Shown here in pieces: positions 41,201 through 49,705 of a stretch of 64,000 nucleotides of DNA. The stretch's first letter is position 1, and the number at the start of each line of letters is the position of its first letter. The notes under the pieces are model-generated. The model was not told where the DNA came from. It was given only the letters and a program-made list of their open reading frames with translations, and did not search any database. Source of the stretch: a virus. The position numbers and the translations under genes are program-made. The DNA lies in the IMG/VR virus record IMGVR_UViG_3300024319_000003, positions 103,697 to 167,696 of that record. One strand, given 5' to 3'.

Positions 41201-41358
41201 TTAAATTTAAAGATGAGTATGCGAGGCTTTCTGGAGCAGCAACCGGTGCCCATATGCACGTAGTGTTTGGTAAAGGTGGCAGAGACGGAGCATCTGAATT
41301 AAGAGTAGCAAGAAGAAGATTAAAAGACAACCCAGAATTTAAAACTTTTACAGTATAA
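38233..41358 (+). CDS. Baseplate hub protein with C-terminal M15-like zinc peptidase domain
   Basis: Follows the LysM gene; C-terminus has SRHVMGNAIDF (H-x6-D) and GAHMHV (HxH). Confidence 0.65.
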   Translation: MADNLKGKLHGVPLNTGVLKQLKYREELLKKTEKNVDELMLGNNRGAWVTLTSGVSILSDLQQEKQEYIQRLKSKGSPDDYRYAEWHALAAEMEAEIQKDVAGYGNEFARANVLSGGVLYGSLGDTEDPNKKTLNYQRRTGIHFNAPYSPYGVQTSYEDSEILGLRPMPGIVDFKLVSQSTFGTLRKATIQIKAHSPEQLSMLEQLYFRPGFTMLLEWGNTSYIDKDGDLSNGRYSASKKFVLGKYVETEVNDGTEEDPEMVTKAPMQMLKRDIKEHREESGGNYDGMVGKVVNFSWSLDKDLSYTANLTVLSEGETIDAVKTTFVAPKEVVDATNSSANEDYLVSVLDFLRRPDKEDGQTVQEFCDEKFGKDEVYRLASTFTVKQSGESTKTRRKRRSYISLCEFLKIFNKIILEEQDTGNVAVKFDTKFDQVMSTFPGHITNDPAIAIMPFRAGKPFSTSFPNAEEWNLYGFAQDKFGTAFHKPVISPENRDRIRRKSVGELVTPGNKAAPWATTAAAKHTLPRLLKISGEDSAEESPLKIMISISHLIRIQKSFVENRNKDLEIKAVVSQFFSRLLSDLNATLGGINRLALYFNDDQSSWHIVDQNNFDLGTQNLDAGTTAMPPKLNIVGLKTEVSSLKIESKISNEMFNMMSSAAAAGGYSTDESIEGFLQYNKNLRDRYSPYAPTAPETNVPSIRDNYFASCTEETFKSLSKPWHNLVVNGIYSKEDYEDNKELHRKYMVAMFAMKEQKLREEQVPRPFGGALPISLSLTMRGVAGMKVGEAFTINEEILPSRNRGRIAFTIVGIDHSINLDNNWVTSLNTLMYNLPGVADPIPEEDNYEGDKVEEGDPAEPVPTKDTPNANRLRAALADLGYLEKQIPEYSVGELTSAIDREKLKDGSPGPDISSDMADAAISLFNTLKSELPSLSINTTGGNDHYHHSDALDYTSRHVMGNAIDFKFTPYTVKNYHKVRDILYGYALGTDGEVKFKDEYARLSGAATGAHMHVVFGKGGRDGASELRVARRRLKDNPEFKTFTV

Positions 41359-41361
41359 ACT

Positions 41362-42357
41362 ATGTGGACACCTCCATTTCATATTATCAAAGGACTATTT
41401 GCACTACTAGGGCAATTTACTAAACCTGATGGCTCTAGCTATGAAGGACCAATACATGAATCAATAGACGGAAATACGTACACTGGAGAGTCACCATCTG
41501 AAGACTCAATACCACTTACACCGGAATTAGAACTAGCAGCAGAAAACGATAGGTTTTTAGAGTACGAAGGAGAAGTATCTGAAATAGAAGCAGATTTAGT
41601 TTACCCAACCCCGGAAGATTACAAAAGAGAATATTTTCTTAGATACTTTTTACTTGATACACGTAACAACTTAGTAAGAGAGGTAGATTTACAGGCTTAT
41701 GAAAGGTATACTAAAGAGCTTTTTATTAAAGGAACAGAAGTGAAGTGGGTTTTAGAGAAGCCCGTCAAAGATATATTTTCAAGCGGTTACCTCTACAAAG
41801 GAGCAGCTACTAGAAATAGAGAAAATATACTTAAAGCATCTTTAACTATACCACCAGTAACAGAATATATAACAGATTACGGTCAATTTGCAGATATAGA
41901 ATCAGATATTGAAGGTTATAAATTTTTAGAGTTACCTAGAAAAGAACAAAAAAGGATTATAAAAAGTGTTAGAAGCAACTTACAGGAAGTACCGTTAATT
42001 AAATCTAAAGGAAGATTTAAAGCAAGGAATTCAAAAGAAACCAATAAAGAGAATCTATACACACCAGGAGGAAGGTATAAAGTAAAATCAACAAATATGG
42101 ATTATATAGGATTTTACCACATCCATCCAACAAAAGGTGCGATGGTAGGTAAAACTCACTCAACAACTCCGCACGACCTACTTATTCCAATGTACTCAAT
42201 AAACAACGAGCAATCATTGCAAGAAACAGATAATTTAAACACAATCGCAACTCCATCAACAGTATCACTGGGTAATGCAGGAGCAATACCATCTTCTGGC
42301 GGTTCCTCAAGCGGTGGAGGTTCATCGAGCAGCGGTGGTGGAGGCAGCTACTATTAA
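41362..42357 (+). CDS. Hypothetical virion-associated protein with Gly/Ser tail
   Basis: 331 aa; two Y.G..H-type segments; C-terminal SSGGSSSGGG...YY. Confidence 0.65.
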   Translation: MWTPPFHIIKGLFALLGQFTKPDGSSYEGPIHESIDGNTYTGESPSEDSIPLTPELELAAENDRFLEYEGEVSEIEADLVYPTPEDYKREYFLRYFLLDTRNNLVREVDLQAYERYTKELFIKGTEVKWVLEKPVKDIFSSGYLYKGAATRNRENILKASLTIPPVTEYITDYGQFADIESDIEGYKFLELPRKEQKRIIKSVRSNLQEVPLIKSKGRFKARNSKETNKENLYTPGGRYKVKSTNMDYIGFYHIHPTKGAMVGKTHSTTPHDLLIPMYSINNEQSLQETDNLNTIATPSTVSLGNAGAIPSSGGSSSGGGSSSSGGGGSYY

Positions 42358-42374
42358 CATTTCAGTAAAGATAG

Positions 42375-42403
42375 TTTGAAAATAGATTTTTTTTTACTAT
42401 ATT
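42375..42403 (+). promoter_or_regulatory. TTTG-N19-TATATT promoter; near-leaderless start of the short polymerase gene
   Basis: Motif ends 6 nt before the ATG at 42410. Confidence 0.55.
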
Positions 42404-42409
42404 GTATAT

Positions 42410-43735
42410 ATGTTTTATATAGTAGAGAAAGAATCAAAATTAGAAAACTTAGAAAAACTAGTTAAGCTAGGATGTTATGTAGATGTAATTTCATCAGACT
42501 ATAACTTTCATCCAAAATTAACTTCTACAGTTGCTGTATACCTAAGACTGTTAAATAGTCAACATGGGTACATAATTCCTATAGAACATAGTGAAGGTTT
42601 AAATATAGATAAAACACGTGTCTCTACTCTTTTAAACAAAGCATCTAAACTATATACATTAAATAAGAAAGAATTGCTCTACCATTTTAATGTACCCTCT
42701 GCAATAGATCTTTCATTGGTACACTCAATGACAAACTACAGTAGATTAGAGTATTCTAAGTTTACTAGAAGTATTACTCCTTTTTATAATAGATTTAGAG
42801 AACATAATAATATAAACCAACTTATACCCATATCTAAATTGTATGAATCTTGCGAAGAATTATACAACAAAGTAAAAGAGTTAATCGATATAGAAATACC
42901 CGATGGATTTGATTTTTATAATAATACAGCTACATCAGTATTTTACTTACTAGAGCAACAAGGATTAGGTATACATAGAGATGACTTTATTAGTAACTTT
43001 AAACCAAGAGAACCTAGGTATAATATAGAAAAAAATACAGTATACACTTCATATAATTTATATAATGCTACATCTAGACCCACTAATGCTTATAACAGTA
43101 TTAATTTCGCTGCTATTCCTCACACGGAAGATTATAGAAAGACCTTCACACCGCAAAATGATTACTTTGTGGAGTTTGATTTTGATGGTTATCACCTTAG
43201 GTTACTTTGTAATCAAATTGACTATTATTTATCAGATGAATCTGCCCATAAGCAACTTGCAAAACACTACTTCGGCACTGATGACATAACAGAAGAGCAG
43301 TATAAAGAAGCAAAACAGATTAACTTTCATGCTATATACGGCAAAATACCAGAAAAGCATAAAGACTTAAAAATATTTAAAGAAATACAGGAATATATTG
43401 ATGCTATGTGGGATAGTTTCAAAAAAACAGGTTGTGTCTGGAATCCACAATCAGGTAAAGCCTTTTCAAACAAGCTAAAAGACATGCATCCAGCAAAATT
43501 AATGAATTATATGATGCAATCGTTGGAAACCTCAAATAATATTCTTATATTAAAAGAAGTACTAAGGTATTTACAGGATAAAAAGACTAAAGTCGTGTTA
43601 TACACATATGATGCACTGCTTTTTGACTTTTCTAAAGAAGACGGAAAAGAAGTCTTATTTGGTATACAGAATATACTAGAAAAGGATAATTCTTACCCGG
43701 TAAAATTTAAATTCAGTAAAGACTTAGTTTTATAG
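42410..43735 (+). CDS. Short atypical family A DNA polymerase-like protein
   Basis: TSRP...INFAAIP (motif 2), DFDGYHLR (motif A), KQINFHAIYG (motif B), NYMMQS, YDA (motif C). Confidence 0.8.
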   Translation: MFYIVEKESKLENLEKLVKLGCYVDVISSDYNFHPKLTSTVAVYLRLLNSQHGYIIPIEHSEGLNIDKTRVSTLLNKASKLYTLNKKELLYHFNVPSAIDLSLVHSMTNYSRLEYSKFTRSITPFYNRFREHNNINQLIPISKLYESCEELYNKVKELIDIEIPDGFDFYNNTATSVFYLLEQQGLGIHRDDFISNFKPREPRYNIEKNTVYTSYNLYNATSRPTNAYNSINFAAIPHTEDYRKTFTPQNDYFVEFDFDGYHLRLLCNQIDYYLSDESAHKQLAKHYFGTDDITEEQYKEAKQINFHAIYGKIPEKHKDLKIFKEIQEYIDAMWDSFKKTGCVWNPQSGKAFSNKLKDMHPAKLMNYMMQSLETSNNILILKEVLRYLQDKKTKVVLYTYDALLFDFSKEDGKEVLFGIQNILEKDNSYPVKFKFSKDLVL

Positions 43736-43758
43736 AAACAGTTTAATATTTATATAAA

Positions 43759-44208
43759 ATGCAAACAGTTACAGATTTTTCGTTGAGCTATGATCTCAAT
43801 GAAGTTTATTTAAACGAAGATATGAGCAACAAGCTGTTTTGTACGTTCTCTACTGAAGAAACATTAGACGACGTACTTACATCCATAAGAGAAAAATATC
43901 GCATAGTGTATAATAAAATATTCGTACTTTACTCAAAAAGTCAAAACGAATATATTTGTACATATAATGTTGATTTTGGTAATGTATCTACTTTCTTAGA
44001 TAATACCATACTAGTACATAGAAAAAAAGAGACTAACACACTATACACTATCAATGCTTTAAACACATTAATAAAGCAACTAAACGACGGTAAGTTAGAT
44101 AACTCTTTCAAAGTAAACTGGTCAGACTATAGAAACTGTATACTACTTACAAAAGGACCAGAACTTAAAAGAATTAACACAAAACTTTTTAATATTATTG
44201 AGCTTTAA
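43759..44208 (+). CDS. Hypothetical protein
   Basis: 149 aa ORF preceded by TATTTATA; a second possible start at MSNKLFCTF. Confidence 0.75.
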   Translation: MQTVTDFSLSYDLNEVYLNEDMSNKLFCTFSTEETLDDVLTSIREKYRIVYNKIFVLYSKSQNEYICTYNVDFGNVSTFLDNTILVHRKKETNTLYTINALNTLIKQLNDGKLDNSFKVNWSDYRNCILLTKGPELKRINTKLFNIIEL

Positions 44209-44209
44209 A

Positions 44210-44239
44210 GTTGCTTCGTTAATTATTTTTTCGTATATT
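44210..44239 (+). promoter_or_regulatory. GTTG-N20-TATATT promoter
   Basis: Recurrent motif with exact 20-nt spacing. Confidence 0.72.
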
Positions 44240-44272
44240 AATAGTAGGTTATAATTAAAAATAAAATGTTAT

Positions 44273-45067
44273 ATGGATTTAAATGCTATTAAGGCTAAAC
44301 TCGATGCCTTAAACAACAACGGACAGGACAGAGAAAAGACAGACTATTCAAAGATTTTTTGGAAACCTGAACTAGGTAAACAAACTCTTAGAATTGTTCC
44401 ATCTGCTCTAGACCCTGCATTTCCTTTTAAGGAATTAAAATTTCACTATGGAATAGGGAAGTACCCTATGATTGCCTTATCAAATTTTGGTAAGCAAGAT
44501 CCTATCGAAGAATTTGTGAAAGAACTACGAAAAACCAATGACAAAGACAACTGGTCTTTATCAGGTAAGATTAACCCAAAAACTAGAGTCTTTGCTCCTG
44601 TAGTAGTAAGAGGAGAAGAAGATAAAGGTGTTAGGTTATGGGGTTTCGGAGTTACTATTTATAAAGCTCTTTTAGCTCTTGCTGAAGATGAAGATGTAGG
44701 TGACTTTACAGACGTAATTAACGGTTGGGACTTAATTGTTGAACAACAACAAGGTAACCCATACCCTACTACAACGGTAAGAATTAAACCAAAACAAACA
44801 CCATTATCAGATAATAATGATTTAGTAGACCTTTGGTTAAAAGAACAACCAAACCCTGTAGAATCGTTTACTCAATATGATTACGATTTTGTTAAAAAGC
44901 AATTGCAAAATTACTTAAACCCCGGTTCAGTAGAGGAAGATCAACCTGCTGCATTACCAGGAGGTACAGATAATACAACCCCTGCAAAAACAGACTTTAC
45001 TTTAGATAAAGCTGCAACTGGGAATAAAGACACTGTTAGTAAATTTGATGACTTATTTAACGAATAA
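44273..45067 (+). CDS. Single-stranded DNA-binding protein (T4 gp32-like)
   Basis: FWKP...LRIVP, DPIEE, VVVRGEE..GV.LW.FG, D..NG.DL; acidic tail KFDDLFNE. Confidence 0.85.
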   Translation: MDLNAIKAKLDALNNNGQDREKTDYSKIFWKPELGKQTLRIVPSALDPAFPFKELKFHYGIGKYPMIALSNFGKQDPIEEFVKELRKTNDKDNWSLSGKINPKTRVFAPVVVRGEEDKGVRLWGFGVTIYKALLALAEDEDVGDFTDVINGWDLIVEQQQGNPYPTTTVRIKPKQTPLSDNNDLVDLWLKEQPNPVESFTQYDYDFVKKQLQNYLNPGSVEEDQPAALPGGTDNTTPAKTDFTLDKAATGNKDTVSKFDDLFNE

Positions 45068-45069
45068 AC

Positions 45070-46143
45070 ATGGCGAAAAAGAAAGAACAAACACAAGTAC
45101 GTGCAGCAGCGTCTGTACAAAAATCATTCAACTTAGGAAACTTTAAGAAGAAGAAAGGGTATTCCTCCTCATCTGTAAAGTTTAAAGAGCAAGGATGGAT
45201 ACCTCTTTCTAAAGCTTTTGTAGATATTACTTCCTTACCGGGAATCCCAACAGGACATATTACACTACTTAGAGGGCATAGTGATACCGGCAAAACAACA
45301 GCTTTACTAGAAGCAGCTGTTAACGCTCAAAAGATGGGGATACTACCAGTCTTTGTAATCTCAGAGATGAAATGGTCATGGGAACATGCTAAGGAAATGG
45401 GATTAAAGTTTAATGAAGTAAAAGATGAGAATGGAAATGTAGTAGACTATGAAGGTCACTTCCTTTATGCTGATAGAGGTTCATTAAATACTATTGAAGA
45501 AGTAGCAGTATATATGGCTGATTTAATGGATGAACAAGCTAAAGGGAACCTACCTTACGATATGTGTTTCTTTTGGGACTCTATTGGATCTATACCTTGT
45601 GACTTATCAGTACGTTCTAATAAGAACAACAATGAATGGAATGCAGGAGCAATGTCTACTCAATTTGGAAATAACTTGAATCAAAAGATTCTGTTATCTA
45701 GAAAAGAGAACTCACCTTATACCAATACATTGGTAGCTATTAATAAGGTATGGACTATGAAACCAGAGCATCCAATGGGGCAACCTAAGTTGCAGAATAA
45801 AGGAGGAATGTCTATGTGGTATGATGCTACATTAGTAGTCACCTTTGGTAATATTACTAACCCAGGTACTTCTAAAATTAAAGCTGTAAAAAACGGTCTT
45901 CAAGTAGAGTTTGCTAAAAGAACGAATATACAGATTGAAAAGAACCACATTGGAGGAGTACAGTCAAGAGGAAGAGTAGTTATGACATCTCACGGATTTA
46001 TCGAAGATGATAAAAAAGCAATTGATAAGTATAGAGATGCTCATAAAGAACACTGGTTAAAACTAGTAGGTTCGGTAGACTTTGATCTAATCGAAGAAGG
46101 AGATTTAGAAGAAACACCAATATCTCCAAACCTACTAGACTAA
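45070..46143 (+). CDS. uvsX: RecA/UvsX-like recombinase
   Basis: GIPTGHIT.LRGHSDTGKTT Walker A; WDSIG Walker B; KGG and EKNH motifs. Confidence 0.9.
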   Translation: MAKKKEQTQVRAAASVQKSFNLGNFKKKKGYSSSSVKFKEQGWIPLSKAFVDITSLPGIPTGHITLLRGHSDTGKTTALLEAAVNAQKMGILPVFVISEMKWSWEHAKEMGLKFNEVKDENGNVVDYEGHFLYADRGSLNTIEEVAVYMADLMDEQAKGNLPYDMCFFWDSIGSIPCDLSVRSNKNNNEWNAGAMSTQFGNNLNQKILLSRKENSPYTNTLVAINKVWTMKPEHPMGQPKLQNKGGMSMWYDATLVVTFGNITNPGTSKIKAVKNGLQVEFAKRTNIQIEKNHIGGVQSRGRVVMTSHGFIEDDKKAIDKYRDAHKEHWLKLVGSVDFDLIEEGDLEETPISPNLLD

Positions 46144-47177
46144 TGGCGTACGAAAACATACTCAATAATTTAAAAGAAACCCCACCCCGTGAGTTAAACG
46201 ACCATATCTTGGTCGTAGATGCTATGAATATGTTAATTCGTAGTTTCTCTCTACTCAAAGCGATGAACCCATCAGGCTCCCATGTAGGCGGCTTGGTGGG
46301 CTTCCTTCGCTCATTGGGATACGTAACGAGGATTTTTGATCCTACTAGGGTGTTAATAGTATGGGACGGTAAAGGAGGATCTGCTAATAGGAAAAATGTA
46401 GATCCAAACTATAAAGCTCAAAGAGCAACAAGTAGAATAACCCACTGGGGATTATATGATACTAAGGAACAAGAGATGGAAGCCCTTATAGGGCAATTAC
46501 ATAGAGTTCAGGATTATTTAGAGTGTCTACCTATGCAATCTATGATGTTAGAGAAATTAGAAGCAGATGATATAATAGCGTACATGGCTAAATTAGCTTC
46601 TTCCTCAAACGTTAAGAAATGCACAATTATATCTTCAGATAAAGATTTTTTACAGTTAGTAGATGATACAGTAGAAGTTTACGCACCGGTTAAAAAGAAA
46701 ACCTTTACACAAGATAATATAAATGCAGAATTGCAAGTAATCCCTGAAAACTATAATGTAGTAAAAGCGCTCCTAGGAGATAATTCCGATAACTTAGCAG
46801 GAGTAAAAGGGTTAGGGATAAAAACTATATTATCTGAATTTCCGGACTTAATTGATAAGCCTGGAACTACTTTACAGTATGTTTACGATATATGTGAAGC
46901 AAAGTTAGACGAAAAGAAAGTAAAGAAAATCTTTCCAAAGATAATTACAGAATGGGATAGAGTAGAAACAAACTTTCAATTAATGGATCTACATGTAACA
47001 AGCTTAGATGATAGTGAAAAGCAATACGTAAGAGACGTAATTAAGACACCAGTAAATGATTTACAGACAGGCGCTTTTTTACGAATGTTAGAACTGGACG
47101 GCATCGAAGGTATTACCAAAAATACTGAAGCATGGCTAGAGAATTTTAGAGGTTTAACTACCTACAAAAAGAAGTAA
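46143..47177 (+). CDS. 5'-3' exonuclease/flap endonuclease (PolI 5' nuclease / T4 RNase H family)
   Basis: VDAMN, WDG, YKAQR, EADD, SSDKD and GDNSDN motifs. Confidence 0.93.
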   Translation: MAYENILNNLKETPPRELNDHILVVDAMNMLIRSFSLLKAMNPSGSHVGGLVGFLRSLGYVTRIFDPTRVLIVWDGKGGSANRKNVDPNYKAQRATSRITHWGLYDTKEQEMEALIGQLHRVQDYLECLPMQSMMLEKLEADDIIAYMAKLASSSNVKKCTIISSDKDFLQLVDDTVEVYAPVKKKTFTQDNINAELQVIPENYNVVKALLGDNSDNLAGVKGLGIKTILSEFPDLIDKPGTTLQYVYDICEAKLDEKKVKKIFPKIITEWDRVETNFQLMDLHVTSLDDSEKQYVRDVIKTPVNDLQTGAFLRMLELDGIEGITKNTEAWLENFRGLTTYKKK

Positions 47178-47205
47178 AAAAAACGTGAAGATAAAGCATC
47201 TTTTA

Positions 47206-47235
47206 GTTGCTTTTCATGTTGATTTTCATTATATT
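47206..47235 (+). promoter_or_regulatory. GTTG-N20-TATATT promoter
   Basis: Recurrent motif. Confidence 0.7.
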
Positions 47236-47256
47236 TAAATAAATAAAGGTTACAAT

Positions 47257-48618
47257 ATGACACTAAAGAGTTTACAAGCATACGGAAAAAGTTTTCAACT
47301 GAAAGTATTAGGTTCCCTGCTAACAGATAAAATATTTTTACTAAACGTACGAGATGTATTACAAGAAGCATACTTTGATGCTGATTCACATAAGTGGATA
47401 ATTACAGAAATATGTAATTACTTTGATAAATACCATACTACAGTAACAATGGATGTTCTTAAAGTAGAGCTACAGAAATTAGAGAACGAAGTACTACAAG
47501 TAGCATTAAAAGAGGAATTACGTAATTCTTATCAAGCATCTCAAGATGATTTAGAGTATGTTCAAGAAGAGTTTCTAGGTTTTTGTAAAAATCAAGAGAT
47601 GAAACAAGCTATACTTAATTCTGCAGACTTACTCAAACAAGGTGATTTTGATGGTATTAGAAATACTGTTGAAAGAGCAATGAAAGCAGGAATGGATAAA
47701 AATATTGGACATGAATATAATAAAGACGTTGAAAGCAGGTATAGGGAAAATTACAGGCCTACTATACCTTCTCCTTGGCCTATTCTTAACGATGGCTTAC
47801 AAGGTGGTTTTGGTCCTGGTGATCTTGGTATTATCTTTGGTAGCCCTGGTGGTGGTAAGTCTTGGACTATGGTTGCAATTGCTGCTAATGCTGTTAAATT
47901 GGGTCATAAAGTTAACTACTATACTCTCGAACTCGGAGAAGACTATGTGGGTAAAAGATTCGATTGCTACTTTACAGGTTACTCTATCGATGAAGTTAAC
48001 AAACATCGTAAAGAAGTTCAAACACATGTAGATAACTTAAAGGGTAAGTTGATAGTAAAGGAGTACGCACCTAAACAAGCAAGCGTTAATACTATCAAAT
48101 CACATATACAGAAATGTATTGATATGGACCATAAACCCGACATAGTAATAATTGATTACGTTGATTACTTAAAAGCACCCTCTAAAGGTAACCAGTCTGA
48201 AAGGAAACATGAAGTAGATGATGTATTTATTGCTACAAAAGGATTAGCAAAAGATTTAAAAATACCAATACTAACACCATCACAGGTTAACAGAATGGGT
48301 GCAAAAGATAGTATAATTGAAGGAGATAAAGCAGCAGGTTCGTATGATAAAATGATGATTGCTGATGTATGTTTATCACTTTCAAGACAAAAAGAAGATA
48401 AGGTATTAGGAACAGGACGTGTTCACGTAATGAAAAACAGATACGGAATGGATGGGATGACTTACCACGTTAAAATGGATACTAATAACGGACATATAAC
48501 CTTCGAAGGAGAAGCTGATATGGACGACTTAAATAGTACCAATGATAACGGTGTTACCCCGACACATAGAGAATTAGCTAAGAAGTTTTTCAGTATAGAA
48601 CAACAAAATAACTCCTAA
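47257..48618 (+). CDS. Replicative DNA helicase (DnaB/T4 gp41-like)
   Basis: GSPGGGKS Walker A, IIDYVD Walker B, SQVNR, KNRYG. Confidence 0.95.
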   Translation: MTLKSLQAYGKSFQLKVLGSLLTDKIFLLNVRDVLQEAYFDADSHKWIITEICNYFDKYHTTVTMDVLKVELQKLENEVLQVALKEELRNSYQASQDDLEYVQEEFLGFCKNQEMKQAILNSADLLKQGDFDGIRNTVERAMKAGMDKNIGHEYNKDVESRYRENYRPTIPSPWPILNDGLQGGFGPGDLGIIFGSPGGGKSWTMVAIAANAVKLGHKVNYYTLELGEDYVGKRFDCYFTGYSIDEVNKHRKEVQTHVDNLKGKLIVKEYAPKQASVNTIKSHIQKCIDMDHKPDIVIIDYVDYLKAPSKGNQSERKHEVDDVFIATKGLAKDLKIPILTPSQVNRMGAKDSIIEGDKAAGSYDKMMIADVCLSLSRQKEDKVLGTGRVHVMKNRYGMDGMTYHVKMDTNNGHITFEGEADMDDLNSTNDNGVTPTHRELAKKFFSIEQQNNS

Positions 48619-48636
48619 CACCATATTTATATAAGC

Positions 48637-48678
48637 GTCCTCAAGAGATTTTTATCTACAGTTTCTTGGGGACATTTT
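48637..48678 (+). terminator. Long hairpin between helicase and RNR genes (terminator or leader structure)
   Basis: GTCCTCAAGAGAT...GTTTCTTGGGGAC followed by ATTTT. Confidence 0.55.
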
Positions 48679-48709
48679 ATCTACTAACATTAATAATATA
48701 TACAGATAT

Positions 48710-49687
48710 ATGAGTCTACAAACAGAAAGAATAGTATACAAACCATTTGAATACCCACAAGCATTCGACTATTGGTTAAAACAACAACAAGCACATTGGT
48801 TACATACAGAAGTACCTATGGCACAGGACGTAACAGATTGGAAGTCTAATTTAAAGCCGCATGAAAAGAACTTAATAGGGGGAATACTAAAAGGTTTTGC
48901 TCAAACCGAAACTGTAGTAAACGATTACTGGACTAATTTAGTTACCAGTTGGTTCCGGAAACCAGAAGTTATAATGATGGGTGTAACCTTTGGTGCATTT
49001 GAAACAATACATGCTGAAGCTTACTCTTTACTAAACGAAGAATTAGGATTAGATGATTTTGCTGAATTCTTAGAAGATGAAGCTACATTAGCTAAAATTG
49101 ACAACCTAATGAAAGTCAGAGACGCACATGATGGTACTCCAGATTGGCATTCTAGAGCTGTATCATTAGCTATATTTTCAGCATTTACTGAAGGAGTTAA
49201 TCTTTTTAGTTCTTTTGCAGTACTATTATCCTTTAAGATGAGAAACCTACTTAAAGGTGTAGGTCAAATAGTAGAATGGTCAGTAAGAGATGAATCTTTA
49301 CATAGTAACGCAGGCTGTTGGCTCTTCAGGACACTTATGGAAGAGCATCCAGAATTAAAAACTGATAAACTAGAAGCAGATATAAGAGAAGCAGCACGAG
49401 CAGCAATTAATTTAGAATTTGGCTTTATAGATAAGGTTTTTGAGCAAGGAGATTTAGAGAATTTATCTAAAGAAGACTTAAAAAACTTTATACGTCATAG
49501 AGTCAATACTAAAATGGGAGATTTAGGACTTGCACCATTAATTCCTTCTGAGGATATAGATAAAGGCGCATTAAAGACTATGAAATGGTTTGATGCAGTT
49601 ATAGCAGGAAAACAACAGACTGATTTCTTTGCAAATAGAGTTACAAATTACAGTAAAGGCACAATGGACTGGTCCACAGCATTTTAA
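48710..49687 (+). CDS. nrdB: Class I ribonucleotide reductase beta subunit
   Basis: YKPFEYP, ETIHAEAY, EG..LFSSF, RDESLH and DFF motifs. Confidence 0.95.
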   Translation: MSLQTERIVYKPFEYPQAFDYWLKQQQAHWLHTEVPMAQDVTDWKSNLKPHEKNLIGGILKGFAQTETVVNDYWTNLVTSWFRKPEVIMMGVTFGAFETIHAEAYSLLNEELGLDDFAEFLEDEATLAKIDNLMKVRDAHDGTPDWHSRAVSLAIFSAFTEGVNLFSSFAVLLSFKMRNLLKGVGQIVEWSVRDESLHSNAGCWLFRTLMEEHPELKTDKLEADIREAARAAINLEFGFIDKVFEQGDLENLSKEDLKNFIRHRVNTKMGDLGLAPLIPSEDIDKGALKTMKWFDAVIAGKQQTDFFANRVTNYSKGTMDWSTAF

Positions 49688-49705
49688 AAAATAATAATAA
49701 GACAT

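Noticed and set aside
42410-43735. Short polymerase as a pseudogene or split-gene fragment
   Set aside because: The ORF is intact, has its own promoter and retains the key polymerase residues; it is highly divergent from the 61527 copy.
48650-48684. NrdR boxes upstream of RNR
   Set aside because: The repeated TTTTATCTAC does not match the palindromic NrdR consensus.
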